Source: Malacoraja senta (Eukaryota). From it: a stretch of 64,000 nucleotides of DNA. Positions 1 through 13,531 of the stretch are shown here, piece by piece. Numbering within the stretch: the stretch's first letter is position 1; each line of letters starts with the position of its first letter. Under the pieces are notes generated by a model that ran no database searches, was not told the DNA's origin, and saw only the letters and a list, made by a program, of their open reading frames with translations. The position numbers were made by a program, and so were the translations under genes. The DNA lies in contig CM075989.1 of NCBI GenBank assembly GCA_038087875.1, positions 7,628,001 to 7,692,000 on the forward strand. Direction: 5' to 3'.

Positions 1-1779
1 CCCTTTGTCCTATCCACCCACCACCCTCTGCCATTTGAAATTAACTTGTTTGCTCACTTTTTTTTCAAGACTTTGACTTGAAATGTCAAACCTGGTTCTC
101 TTTCCACAGATGCTGCCTGACCTGCTGAGCGCATCCTGCATTTCTTGCATTAGTTCCCTCTAATGGTTTTTAAGCCTCGGTCTTAATGTTGCCGGTTGGT
201 ATTTCTCAGTTCTTCCTTGCTGGGCGTGCCCTGACATCAGTTCTTTTTGGCAGACATTGTTCAGGTCTCTCTGACGGCTGCTTGGAGCTACGTTTTACTG
301 CATCTGACATTTAAACTGGTCGAACGGCTGTGGGGGACCTTTCTAATTTGGCTTTGTCGTAAACTTTTGCACACAAGACATTTCTAAATATTTTCTCGGC
401 TTGGACAGTTTGAACGTTGCTGTTTTGACTGGTTTCTCTGGATGCAAGCCAGAGATACCCAAGTCGTACGATACCACTGTGTTTATCATGATGTTCCTCA
501 GCATGGGGTGAACCACCCAGAACTTTACCCCCTTCCCAGCCAGTAGAAAGGTCTCCTTAGCAGAGGCATTTAGTGGACAGATTGGCATCAGACAGTTATT
601 CAACGCACACTTGGTGACACCTAGATCAACACTGTCGGCTTTCAGAAGAAGATGTTTAGTTTATTGTCACTTGTACCAAGGTACAGCGAGAAGCTTTTTG
701 TTGTTGCGTGCTATCCAGTCAGCGGAAAGACTATACAGGATCACAATCAAGCTGTGCACAGTGTACAGAGACAGGGTAAAGGGATAACATCTAGTGCAAG
801 ATAATGTCTGATTAATGCTGGATATTACAAGGAGAGAAGCCAAACTGATATTGGATCCTCTGTTGATATGTGGGCCTGTGGACTTTGTACTTTAGCGTGT
901 GTGTGTGCGCACAGGTCAGTTTTTTAAAATTTGCAACAGGTATGTCTTTATTTCAAAGAGCCATGTTTTGTATGCTGGATTAGCCACTCCGTACCATCAG
1001 TGACTGCACTTCACAGTAACATGCAGGGGTTGGAATCAGTGATTGACCGATGAGCCACCATTGACCTGTGGTGCCGTCTGCCTCCTCTGTACATCAACAG
1101 CATCTCCCTCGGCTGCTAGACAGAGGTTCCACAGCTCACGTGAAACAGTTTCATTTCGAGTTGATGTTCAGCTGAGTTTTGAAAGGGCCAACTCTGTCGT
1201 TGCTCCCCCCTCCGATCGATCAGAAGCAAGGTTACACGACAAAGAAGCTCTTCATTATGCCTGCGCTAATAACCTTTGGGGATTTCCTGGAATTCATGAA
1301 TTGTTGCTCAATGTTCCCAACTTCCTTGTGTGTTTACCATGTCTTTGTGAGAGTGGATGCAGACGGGATGTTTCCAGTGGTGGGAGAGTCCAGGGCAGAA
1401 TGCACTGCCTCAGAATAAAAGGACATACCTTTAGGAATGGAGATGAGGAGGAATTTATTTAGTCTGAGGGTGGTGAATCTGTGGAATTCATTGCCACAGA
1501 CGGCTGTGAAGGTCAAGTATTTTTAAAGCAGAGATTCATAGGTTTTTGATTATTAAGGGTGTCAAAGGTTACCGGGAGAAGCTAGGAGAATGGGGTTGAG
1601 AGGGAAAAATAGATCAGCCACGATCGAATGGTGGAGTGGACTCGACGGTCCGAATGGCTGAATTCTGTTCCTATGTCTTATAAACTTTGCAAAGCAGTGT
1701 ACCTTTATCTACAGGGCATTGCGCCCTTATCCCCTGTCTTTGAATAAGTAATGATGACCTCTGAATTCTTTCATTGCAG

Positions 1780-1909
1780 GCACATTCAGGATCCAGCCAG
1801 TCAAAAGCTGACGTGGAATAAACCTCCCCGGAGCATCTTAGTCATTAAAAAGATCCAAGATGATCGGTTGCTTCAACCATTTAAGGAACTTTGCATCTTC
1901 CTTATGGAG
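1780..1909 (+). CDS. NADK: NAD kinase internal coding exon (HIQDPASQKLTWNKPPRSILVIKK...KELCIFLME); earlier exons lie upstream of the window
   Basis: Translation matches vertebrate NADK; ttgcag acceptor ends 1779, GTAATG donor at 1910; 130 nt, phase 2 to 0. Confidence 0.96.
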
Positions 1910-3027
1910 GTAATGTGTCGTAAAACTGTGGAAACCATTTTGGTTGTCGGGCAGTCAGAAAGATAGTTTGAGAGTAGAATCAAAGAACTGCTGATGGTGG
2001 TTTATACCAAAGATGGGTACAAAGCGCTAGAGTAACTCGATGGGTGAAGCAGCATCTTTCGGGAGGAAAAGGATGGCTGATGTTTCGGGTTGGGATTCTT
2101 TGAGAGGTTTGTGGGGCTGATGTCAGTGATCTTGTGGAAGTGTAAAAATCATATTGAGGAGGATTGAAAGGAGGAGTGTGGAGAACTGGGGCGTGTGAAA
2201 CCAGCAGCATTACCTGAATGCCTGGGGTGAGAAGGAATATCCTCCCCTGAGATAGGTGCAACACTCTACCTCAGAGAACCCACGTGTCTGAGGCTGTGCT
2301 TGATGTTTGATGGTCTCTGAGGGCAATGGAGGGAGGAGGGGAAGGGGCGAGAACATGGATGAGGTAGAGAGGTTCATTTGGTCCCATTGAATGACGGATC
2401 GAGACTCAAATGAAGTCTTCCTGCTCCTTGGGTTCTTCTCCTACTCAAAGTCATCTTGATCTTCCACCTGAGGCTAATTTGATTGATTGATGAAGTACAG
2501 CATGGAAACGGGTCCTTTTGCCCGACCGAGTCCATGCCGACCATCGATTACCCATTCACACTAGTTATCCCAATTTCACATCCACTCACTCGGGGCAATT
2601 TACAAAGGCCAATTAACCCACAGTCCCACACGTCATAGAAACAGAGAAAATAGGTGCAGGAGTAGGCCATTCGGCCCTCCGATCATGGCTGATCATCCAA
2701 CTCAGTATCCTGTACCTGCCTTCTCTCCATACCCCCTGATCCCTTTAGCCACAAGGGTCACATCTAACTCCCTCTTAAATATAGCCAATGAACTGGCTAT
2801 ATTTGTCGTTGGGATGTGGGTGGAAACTGGAGCACCTGGAGGAAACCCACCCAGTCACAGGGAGAACGTGCAAACTCAACATAGACAGTACCCAAAATCA
2901 GGATCCACCATCGACAGTACCCAAGGGCAGGATCCAACATAGATGTTGTGAGGCAGTGGTTCTACCAGCTGTGCCTCTGTGCAGCCCTAAATTGATCGTC
3001 AACCTTCCTTTTTTTTTGTGCTTGCAG

Positions 3028-3133
3028 GTAAAAGAAATGATTGTTTACGTAGAAAAGAAAGTACTTGACGACCCTACCATAGCCAATGACGAGAGCTTTG
3101 GACAACTTAAGAAATTATGCACTTTTAGAGAAG
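3028..3133 (+). CDS. NADK: NAD kinase exon (VKEMIVYVEKKVLDDPTIANDESFGQLKKLCTFRE)
   Basis: Polypyrimidine tract plus cag acceptor, GTAAAT donor; 106 nt, phase 0 to 1. Confidence 0.96.
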
Positions 3134-4280
3134 GTAAATGCACTTTGGTTTCTGTGCTGGATTTATTATTCATGTCCAATTAGCAGCCCCTCATGTGTAG
3201 GAAGGAACTGCAGATGCTGGTTTACACTGAAGATAGACACAAATTGCTGGAAAAACTCAGCGGGTCAGGCAGCATCTCTGGAGAAAAGAAATAGGTGGCG
3301 TTTCGGGTCGAGACCCTTCTTCAGTGGAATGAGAAGTCTAGTCAATCTTTAATGGAAACAGACCCTTTGGACCAACTCTTCAACCCAGTTGCCTACCTGA
3401 GTTAGTCCTATTTTCCTGCGTTTGTCCCACATCCCTCCAAACCTATCCTGTCCATGTACCTATCTAAATGCCTTCTAAATGCTGTAGTTATACCAATATT
3501 TATCCAGTGGTAGCTCATTCCACATACCCACCACTCTCATTATGGGAGAAATTGACCTTAGGTCCATTTTAAATCTTTCCCTTTTCACCTCAAAACTAGA
3601 CACTCCCAGCCTGGGGAAAAGACTGTGACCATTCTCCTTACTAACTTCACTTCATGATTTTATAAACCTTTTCCAAGGTCACTCTCTGTCTTCTACGCTC
3701 AAGGAAAAAAAAGTTGAAACCTTTTCAGTTTCTTCTCATAACTCAAGCCCTCCAGTCCCTGAAACATCCTCGTGAATCTTTTCTGTATCCTCTCCTGTTT
3801 AAAGACATCGCTCATGTAACCAAGTGAACAGAAGTGTGCATAGTAGTACAAGTACTGGAGTTTTCCTCAAATTCCTTGCTATAATCATTTTAATAACCGC
3901 TTTTGCCATTTCCCCCATGATAGATGCCAGTACTGGGGTACTGATTCTGAATGATAAGCCATGATCATATTGAGTGGTGCTGGCTCGAAGGGCCAAATGG
4001 CCTACTCCTGCACCTATTTTCTATGTTTCCTGCTTTGTCTCCATGTCAGAATTATATTTCTTATTTTATTTTCTATTTTACAATGTAGACTAAACTTTCC
4101 CAGAATCTAGGGAGATTTGGCAAGTAAAAACCAGCTCATTGCTGTTAACAATTTACACTTGAGGCATGTTCTCACCTCAAATAATGTGTCCAGCTATGCT
4201 GGGTGAACCAAAGAGGCAAGGGTGGGTGTGAATTGGTGGTGTCTCACAGGGAAAAAAAAACACTTTACATCTGTTTGTAG

Positions 4281-4366
4281 GCTTCGATGATTTGTCGGAT
4301 CGGATTGACTTTATAATTTGCCTCGGAGGTGATGGCACTTTGCTTTACGCGTCGTCTTTGTTCCAG
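4281..4366 (+). CDS. NADK: NAD kinase exon with the GGDGT motif (FDDLSDRIDFIICLGGDGTLLYASSLFQ)
   Basis: Signature GGDGT motif; tag acceptor, GTAAGT donor; 86 nt, phase 1 to 0. Confidence 0.98.
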
Positions 4367-4875
4367 GTAAGTGCGGCTGGCTGATGAGGTGCGATGTTTT
4401 TGTGCGGTGCTTTGAATGGCAGGGAGGTGGGGAGGGCTGGATCTCCGAATTGTGCGGCTCACTATTTCTGAACTGCTTTCCCAGCGCCTGCCTTCTCTGA
4501 CAAAAACCACAGTAAAATGGAAGCCAGTGGCGAACTCTCTCCCACGCCACTGGCTAATGGTTCAAATTAGTTGCTATTTTGATTCTGTGTTTGGTCACCA
4601 GAGACCAGTGACACTGGTATAGACACGCACACACAGGCACACAAATTATTAACCTTGATTATTATATTGTTTACATATTCTGTTGGCTGCTGCAAGTAAG
4701 AATTTCATTGTTCTATCTGGGACATATGACAATAAAACACTCTTGACTCTTGAAACAGTACCTTGTGTAGGAGGGCTTGCAAGCTTGGCTTAAACACTCA
4801 TTTGTCTCAACGGGAATGCTGTTTGTTTAAGTATCATAGGGTATGTCCTGACGTTGTTACCTTCTTGTTTAATAG

Positions 4876-4978
4876 GATAGTGTTCCACCTGTGATGGCTT
4901 TTCATCTTGGCTCTCTGGGATTCTTAACGCCATTTAACTTCGACACCTACCAGTCACAAGTCACGCAAGTCATTGAAG
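4876..4978 (+). CDS. NADK: NAD kinase exon (DSVPPVMAFHLGSLGFLTPFNFDTYQSQVTQVIE)
   Basis: Conserved GSLGFL motif; AG/GT boundaries; 103 nt, phase 0 to 1. Confidence 0.97.
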
Positions 4979-6576
4979 GTACCTTCTGGTTTTTCTGCAG
5001 TTTAATGCGGAAGCTTTACAGCAGTTGCGGTCAATGGAGAAACTTCAATAGGAACTTTAACTGATATAATTGAAATAATCTACTTCATATGAACATAAGC
5101 CATATTCATACAGCATGGAAACAGGCCATTTGGCCCATCATATCCATGCCAACCAGCATCTCCTTGCATTAGATTTTTGCCTTCTCCTTCAACCACATAA
5201 TCCATTCTTGCCCATTTGTATTACTCCTGAAGGATTGTCCTTTGTTAGTCAGGAGACTATTGCCATTTACAAGCTATACATACAAGCTTGGAGGAGGCCA
5301 CTCAGCCCATCGAGCCTGTTCCACCATTCTACAAGATCATGGCTGATCTGAGTGCACCTCAGCTTGCAGTGCCATCAACCATGGTATCCTCTCACACCAA
5401 CCCCCTCCTCCCTGCCTTCCTTATCACCCTTCAATGCCTGGGCAATCTTCAAGACTTTTACCCAGTGTAGGAAAGTCGAGCACCAGAGGATATAGGTTTA
5501 AGGTGAGGGTGGATAGTGTAATAGGAATTTGAAGGGAAACACTCTCACTAGATCTCTATTATCCCACTTTCACATCCACTTCCTACATATAAGGGGCAAT
5601 TTACAGAGGCCAATAAATCTATAAATCCGCACATCTTTGGGATGTGGGAGGAAACTGGAGCACCCGGAGGTAATCCACACAGCCACAGGGAGAAAGTACC
5701 AATCCCACACAGACAGCACCCATGATCAGGATTGAACCCAGGTCTCTGGTGCTGTGAGGCAGCACCACTGCCCCGCTCGAGTTGAGGCCTGGATCCTACT
5801 CAACAGTGGACCGGGTGGTCCAAGCCCACCCTGACTTCCTGTCTTCCAGGTTCATCATCACAGTTTGTCAGTTTACAATACAAGTTAGATTAATTACTCT
5901 GCTGAACCCTTTAGACTGAAACAGGCTCTTTAGCCCACCGAATCTGCGCCAACCAGTGATTACCTCGTACACTAGCATTATCATACACATTGGGGATAAT
6001 TTACAATTTTACCAAAGCCAACTAACTAACCTACAAACCTGTATGTCTTTGGAATGTGGGAGGAAACTGGAACACCCGCAAAAAGCCCATGAGGTCACAG
6101 GGAGAATGCACAAACTCCGTGCAGTCAGCACCCGTAGTCAGGATCTAACCTGGGTCTCTGGCGCTGTAAGGCAGCAACTCTACCTCAGCGCCACCACAAA
6201 ACCCTCAATTAACTTGCAAACTTTTTCTGCTGAAGAGTCAGGTGTAGGGTGCCCGGTGCTGAAATAAACCTCATGGAAACAGGCCCTTCAGCACAACTCT
6301 CTGGGTGCTCCGGTTTCCTCCCACACTCCAAGGACGTACAGGTTTGTAGCCTACTTGGCTTCTGTAAATTGTCCCGAGTGTATAGGATATGCTTGTGTAC
6401 GGTGTGATCGCTGGTTGGCGCGGGCGGACTAGGTGGGCTGACAGGCCTGGTTCCACGCTGTATCTCTAAAGTCTAAACTTATCCCTCCACCCATCCTAAA
6501 TGAAATTCCTTGTATGTTGCGAGTGGTTTGGTGCCCGGGGTACAGGTCCTCGGCTGACGTGCCATCTGTCTGCCAG

Positions 6577-6731
6577 GTAACGTGGCCATCACCCTGCGGA
6601 GCCGCCTCAAGGTGAAGGTGACGAAGGAGAACCGCCCGGGTCACCCAGGTCACTGGGCAGTGGAGGAGAACGGGCTGATCGACACCAGGTGCGGGGACGG
6701 CCCCCTGAAGAAGCAAACCTCCCACTACCAG
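6577..6731 (+). CDS. NADK: NAD kinase exon (NVAITLRSRLKVKV...KKQTSHYQ)
   Basis: LRSRLKV motif; ccag acceptor, GTGAGA donor; 155 nt, phase 1 to 0. Confidence 0.95.
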
Positions 6732-9360
6732 GTGAGAGGCGTGCGGCTGCCCCAATGCTGCCTGCAAGGCACAGGTCTGACAGGAGACTGGCACTGATGC
6801 CTGGGACATGAGGGGATCAGATGCAGGCTCAGTGTAGCTTAGCATAGCTTGGTTCAGCTTACCTTGGACTCGCGTAGCTTGGCTTAGTTCAGCTTAGCTT
6901 ATTGCCACACGTACCGAGTTACAGTATAGTGTAAAGCTTTTTTATCGCCTGCTATCCAGCCAGTAAAAAGACTACACATTCAAGCCGTCCACAGTGGACA
7001 GAGACAGGACAAAGGGAATAACGTTTAGTGCAAGGTAAAGTCCGATTAAAGATGGTTCAAGTGTCTCCAATGAGGTAGAGTGTCAAGCTGAGTCGATGCG
7101 GTTGGCAGCAACACTGAGGAGGTGTGGGGAGCCCAGCTGTGCAGGGAAGGCGGTGCTGTACTGATCCTCTCCCTCCATCCACTGGGTCCCACGTGCAGGA
7201 GGAGGTGTGGGAGGCTGAGGACAAAAGTGGTTCAGCCGGCTGCTGAACATTGTCAGCCCCCTGTGAGAATTGGACCTGTAGAAACCAGGAACTACAGGTG
7301 CTGGTTTACACAAAAGGACCCAAAGTGCTGGAGTACCTCAGTGGGTTAGGCAGCATCTTTGGAGAACATATAGGTGACGTTCCGAGTCTGGACCCTTAGA
7401 CCGAGTATTGGACCCACTCTTCCCAATCCTCTCTGTTCCGCTTGTCTGTAAACTGAAGCTCAGCCGGAAAGAAGGGTCTCGACCCGAAACGTCACGTATT
7501 CCTTGTCTCCAGAGACGCCGCCTGACCCGCTGAGTTACTCCTGCTTATTGTATCCATCTCTGGGGCCATGTGCTGCAGCACAGCAGGGCCTGTCTGCCCA
7601 CCAGGACTGTGCTTGTTGGCCCATACTGACTCGATGAGACAACAGCCTGATTCCAATGCTCTCCTCAATAAGGTGTGGTGTAGCGTAGGGTGTATACACC
7701 ACCCATTGTGGTGTAGGGTGCGGCTTGCTGGCGCAGCAGTAAAGTTGCAGCCTTACAGCGCCAGAGACCTGGGTTCCATCCTGACTACGGGTGCTGTCTG
7801 TACGGAATTTGTACGTTCTCCCTGTGACCCTGTGGGTTTTCTCCGAGTTCTCCGGTTTCCTCCCACATTCCAATGTCATACAGGTTTGTAGGTTAATTGG
7901 ATTGGCATAAGTGTAAATTGTCCCTCGTGAGTGTAGGATAGTGTTAATGTGCGGGGATTGCTGGTCGGCGTGGACTCGGTGGGCCAAAGGGCCTGTTCCA
8001 TGCTGTATCTCTAAAAGTCTAATAGTAAAAGAAGTCCTGCCATGGTCTTGCCTCTCTGACTCTCCGTTGCAATGCCAGGTCCTATGGCAGGGCATGTGAG
8101 GTCACCTCGCTAACACTGGCTGCTCCAGATTCCCTGCAGTGCCAAGCTGGGAGTGGTTCACAACCACAATTCATTGGAATGTCACTCTTCCTGCATTAAT
8201 GTTCTGAAAAGGTTCCAAAGGTGAATGTTTACAGGCAGTGTTTCCCAGAAGGCATTATAATTCTTAGAAATCACGTCTGAAAACTGTTATCTGAAAACTC
8301 CGATGCCAACGACCTGTCTTGATTTACAACTTGGTTTTTTTGGAGACCTGTGTAGGAAGGAACTGCAGATGCTGATTTACACCGAGGATAGATACAAAAT
8401 GCTGGAGTAACTCAGCTGGACAGAAGGAATGGGTGATGTCTGAAGAAGGGTCTCGATCCGTAACGTCACCCATTCCTTCTCTCCAGAGATGCCACTTGTC
8501 CTGCTGAGTTACCCCAGCAGTTACCCCAGCCTGTCTTTGGAGACCTGCTGCCCTGGTGCTGCTTCTCCTTCCTGTCGGGTCCGTTCTCTGTGCTGTGTTG
8601 GGCAGGTTGATTGTCTGCCTAGATCTGTCTAGTATCGGGCAACACTCTGCAAGTACATGTTGAGGGTCAGCCATCCCGAAACACCATCCCTATACTGGCT
8701 ACAAGATTGTAATCATGTATAGTCTTTCCATTCACTGGGTAGCACACAACAAAAACATTTTCCACTGTACCTCAGTACACGTGACAATAAACAAAACTCA
8801 ACTCAACTCTTTGCTCAACTCCATCGCCATCCTTAGCCTTGTGAAGAGCTATTCAGTAAGTGCCTCCAATCTCAGAATATTTTGATTGCTAGATACAGCA
8901 TGGAAACAGGCCCTTTGACCCACCGAGTCCATGCCAACCATCTATTTACACTAGTTCAGTGTGATCCCACTTTCTCATCCACTCCCTACTTGTTGGGGGC
9001 AATTTTGCAGAGGCCAATTGACCTACCAACCCACATGTCTTTGGGATGTGAGAGCAAGGTGGCGCACCCGGAGGAAACCCACGTGCAAACTCCAGACAGA
9101 CAGCACCCAAGGTCAGGATCGAACCTGGGTCTCTGGCGCTGTTAGGCCGCCACTTCACCAGCCTATATTGCTGCCCTATATTGAGTCATAGAGCACGGGA
9201 ACAGGCTCTTCAGCCCAACTCATCCACGCAAACCAAGATGCCCAATAAATGCTTGTCCCATTTGTCCGTATTTGGCCTGGATCGCTCTAAATCTCTAAAT
9301 CTCTCATATCTGGCATAAACCTGGAATATGTTTAATCTCCTTCTCCCCTGTTCTCCCTAG

Positions 9361-9460
9361 GTTCTGAATGAAGTGGTGGTTGACCGTGGTCCTTCTTCAT
9401 ATCTCTCCAACGTGGACTTGTTTCTGGATGGACGTCTCATAACTACTGTACAAGGAGATG
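9361..9460 (+). CDS. NADK: NAD kinase exon with the NE motif (VLNEVVVDRGPSSYLSNVDLFLDGRLITTVQGD)
   Basis: Conserved VLNE motif; ccctag acceptor, GTGAGC donor; 100 nt, phase 0 to 1. Confidence 0.98.
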
Positions 9461-9591
9461 GTGAGCGCAGACATTGAGGCACCTTCCACCCACGCTGGCC
9501 TTGTCCCTGAGAACCTGCTTGAAAATGGATCTTTGAATTGAGTTTCAAAGCAAGTCTTGAATGTGAACGAAGGCGTTGTTCTTGTTGAGTT

Positions 9592-9909
9592 TAGTTTAGT
9601 GTAGACTCGAGATACAGCGGGGAAACAGGCCCACCGAGTCCGCACCGACCAGCGATCCCGGCACATTAACACAAGCCTACACACACTGGGGACAATTTAC
9701 ACTTATACCAAGTATACAAACCCAAGCCAATTAACCTACAAACCTGTACATCTTTGGAGTGTGGAAGGAAACCGAAGATCTCGGAGAAAACCCACGCGGT
9801 CACGTGGAGAACATACAAACTCCGTACAGACAGCACCCGTAGTCGGGATGGAACCCGGGTCTCTGGTGCTGTAAGGCAGCAACTCTACCGCTGCGCCACC
9901 GTGCCGCCC
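9592..9909 (-). mobile_element. Near full-length tRNA-derived V-SINE (HE1-like); many more copies, e.g. 7715-8015(+), 12757-13030(+), 15019-15207(+), 38350-38665(+), 50915-51200(-), 52560-52828(-)
   Basis: Pol III A-box (TGGCGCAGCGG) and B-box-like head, central V-domain (ggagtttgtacgttctccccgtg...ggtttcctcccac), CR1-like 3' end with (CTAAA)n tail. Confidence 0.85.
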
Positions 9910-10923
9910 TTTCATTGTCCTTTAGTGAGCTCCAAGTTGTGCCTTCCCCTAGTCGGCTCATCTTTACCCCGAGGTTGCAAGTTCAGCCCATTAGAAATTC
10001 TCTCTAATTTTTTTAATTTGTTTTTGTTATCTAACTGTCCTTACACAACAGCTGATTAAATATCTCGGTGCCTGTGATTTTGATGTGCATTGTGTGATGG
10101 ATTCCTTGGGTCTATTACAAATTGCCCTTTAAAAGATGGAAATATTCCTAATTAATTATTTTGTGTTTTAAGTATCAGCTCAGTACCAGCAACGGCTCAA
10201 TAATCTTTGTCGCCTTACTCTAGTTGTACAGGAATATCATTTTAGTTCAGTTCAGAGATACAGCGTGGAAACAGGCCCTGCGGCCCACTGAGTCCATGTT
10301 GACCATCGATCAGCCATTCACACTGGTTCTATGTTATCCCACTTTCTCATCCACTCCCTACACACAAAGGGTAATTTACAGAGGCCAATTAACCTACTAC
10401 ACCCATACGTCTTTGGGATGTGGGAGGAAACCGGAGCACCCGGAGGAAACCCATACAGACCCTTGCTCCCAACTAGAGAGCGGGGGTTCCCAAATCATTG
10501 GTTGAGGTTTTAATCTGCCAGTAAGAAATTCATTGTTCCATTTTGGGACATTTGACAATCAAACACTCTTGACTCTTGAATCATTGGGGTGAAAATGAAC
10601 CAATGGTTAAATGGTGGGATGACGGGAATGTCGCTGAGGCAGGGAGGGGTGGAACTTTGAAGGGATTTAAACATAAAGAAGATAATAATAATAATAATAC
10701 ATTTTATTTATATAGCGCTTTTCAGGACTCAAAGTCGCTTTGAGTCCTGAAAAGATGGTTTTAAACTGGGAATTGCAAGTCCAATAGCGCCGGCTGGGAA
10801 TGCTGCTCCCAGGGTGGAGGGCCGGATGGGAATTCCATGACCAGGAGCCGGGTTTACGGAGTGTGGGAGAAGGGAGGTTGTTCGGCATCTCACGGAGCTG
10901 TCTCTCTCTCTCTCTCCTTGCAG

Positions 10924-11081
10924 GAGTGATCGTCTCGACTCCGACAGGGAGCACGGCCTACGCCGCAGCGGCGGGAGCTTCCATGATTCACCCCAACGTG
11001 CCGGCCATAATGATCACGCCCATCTGTCCACATTCCCTGTCCTTCCGGCCGATCGTGGTCCCGGCAGGAGTGGAGCTGCAG
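10924..11081 (+). CDS. NADK: NAD kinase exon ([53 protein letters not shown])
   Basis: TPTGSTAY signature; (CT)n tract plus cag acceptor, GTAACC donor; 158 nt, phase 1 to 0. Confidence 0.98.
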
Positions 11082-11807
11082 GTAACCCACCCCTCCCCCT
11101 CTCTCCGCCGGCTGTGGTGCGCCGGCACACCGGCTCTATCTCCGCGGTGCCTTGCTGCAGGTGGGCTTCCGCTGTCCCCCTCCGGCATTCCCGGGAACCC
11201 CCAATCTGCACCGTTGTTCGGGCAACGTGAGGAGCTCTTGGCTCCTCCACTCTATCTACCGTTCAGCGCGTACCGTCCAATGCTCGCCGTTCCATGCCAG
11301 CCTTGCTTCAGGAAGATTCGTAAAGCTGACAATGGCCTGGATGTCACTTGCTGCTCATGAACTTGGAAATGGAGAGCAGGGAGAAATGCAAAATCTACTG
11401 GTCTGGTTTGGTCTAATTTAGTTTTGTTTATTATTGTCACACACTCAGAATTACAGATAAAGCCTTTGCATGCTATCCAGTCAAAAGTAGACTGGACATG
11501 AACTTGCAGTAAATCGAAAAATATGGATGTGTTGAGAACCAAACTAAACTAGTAGATTTTGCAATTCCCTGCTCTCCAGTTCGAAGTTCATGAATAGCAA
11601 CTGGCATCGGGACTATGGTCAACTTTATGCATGGCACTGTCCACTCAAAGCATTACCTTGGGATGATACAGAAGCCGGTGGGAGGTGGTGCTGGGTTACT
11701 GTGGAGGATGTTGGTGAGGTTGGTGCCGTCACTGTGCCGTCAGTGTGAATCTGCCAGGGTTTGTGTCCCGGTCCGACCGCAGCCTGACCCTAACTTTGTA
11801 TTTTCAG

Positions 11808-11890
11808 ATCATGCTGTCGCCGGATGCCAGGAACACTGCCTGGGTCTCCTTTGATGGGCGGAAGCGTCAGGAGATCTGTCACGGGGACAG
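11808..11890 (+). CDS. NADK: NAD kinase exon (IMLSPDARNTAWVSFDGRKRQEICHGD)
   Basis: Conserved SFDGR motif; ttttcag acceptor, GTGAGT donor; 83 nt, phase 0 to 2. Confidence 0.97.
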
Positions 11891-13386
11891 GTGAGTGAGA
11901 ACCGAGGTCGCCGGCCTGGAATGAGTTGTCTCTCATTAAATCCCTTCAAAGCCCTCCCTGTCTCAGTGACATTCCCATCATCCCACCATTGAACCATTGG
12001 TTCATTTTCATCGATGGCAAACAGCTCAGGTCAGGTCGGGTGTTTGGGCTGTGGCACAACCACAGGTCCAATGAACATCTACACCCTGACTTGCCCAGAC
12101 AGGGACACGGCTGTGGGTTTAATGCGTGTCCAGTGAGTTTACTGCTTTAGTATCAGGGTGGGTTAGTTGAAGGTCTAGCAGTTGATGTAATAAATACGTG
12201 AGTGAAAAGAATCTCCATCACTTGTAACCAGGATCCAGATTGGTATTGTTTAGTTTAGTTCAGAGATACAGCTTGGAAACAGGCCCTTTGGCCCATCGAG
12301 TCCATGCCGACCAATGATCACCCGTACACTAGTTCTATGTTATCCCACTTTCGCATCCTTAACACCAGGGGAAATTTACAGAAGCCAATTAATCCACAAA
12401 CCCACGGGTCTTTGGTCTGTGGGAGGTAACCGGAGCACCCGGAGAAAGCCCACGTGGTCACAGGGTACAAACTACGCACACACTACGCACCCGTGGTCAG
12501 GATTGAACCCGGGTCTCCGGCGCTGTAAGGCAGCAGTTCTACCACACTCTCAAGTGAAAGATTTAGCGCAAATACTAACAGCTTTTGCCATCAGCATATT
12601 GTGCCTGGATTAAGGAGTATTAGCTACAGGAGAGGTTGGACAAGTTTGGATTGTTTTCTCTGGAGAGCCAGTGGTTGAGAGCTGACAGCATTATATAAAA
12701 TTATGAGGTTAGACAGTCAGAACCTTTTTCCTAGGGTAGAGATATTAAGGACCAGAGCAGCACGGTGGCGCAGCGATAGTCGCTGCCTTACAGTGGCAGA
12801 GACCCAGGTTCGATCCTGACTACGGATGCTGTCTGTACGGAGTTCGTACGTTCTCCCCGTGACCTGTGTGGGTTTTCTCTGAGATCTTCAGTTTCCTCCC
12901 ACACTCCAAAGACGTACAGGTTTAATGTCCCTAGTGAGTATAGGATAGTGTTAATGTGCGGGGATCGCTGGTCGGCGCGGACCCGGTGGGCCGAAAGGGC
13001 CTGTTTCCGCCCTGTGTCTCTAATCTAAACCAAAGGTGAGGTGGACAATTGGCAGATGGTTTGAGTAAATAACAAAAGGTAGAGATGAAAAAGAAACAAA
13101 GAAGATGTATAAGGAGAGGAGTGAAATGTATCGCAAGGGGAGGGAATGGGGTGTAATGTAAATGGGGGACTCGGGGATTGAAGAGCATATGGAGGAGGGG
13201 AAAGGAGCAGGGTGACCAGGGTGGGATGGGGGGCGAGGGGGGTGGGGTGGGATATGGAGTGAGAAATGTGTGCGCACCAGGTTGTGGGGGTGTGTTCAAG
13301 CAACCCAAGCAGAAGATGAGGTGCTGCTCACTCCGCGGGAGGGGCTCATCTTTGCTTATGCTCACCTCGGCTTCCTATCCTTGCAG

Positions 13387-13531
13387 CATATCCATTACTA
13401 CCTCCTGCTACCCGGTGCCCTCGATATGCTTCAGGGACCCGGTGAACGACTGGTTCGAGAGCCTGGCCGAGTGTTTGCACTGGAATGTGAGGAAGAAGCA
13501 GAGCTACCTGCCCGACATGGAGGACGACTGA
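13387..13531 (+). CDS. NADK: NAD kinase last coding exon (SISITTSCYPVPSICFRDPVNDWFESLAECLHWNVRKKQSYLPDMEDD*)
   Basis: Conserved C-terminal WFESLAxCLHWNVRK; ttgcag acceptor; TGA at 13529-13531. Confidence 0.97.

Noticed and set aside
160..650. Non-repetitive, coding-looking minus-strand stretch (86-aa ORF 343-603)
   Set aside because: No recognisable homology or exon boundaries; not a NADK exon.
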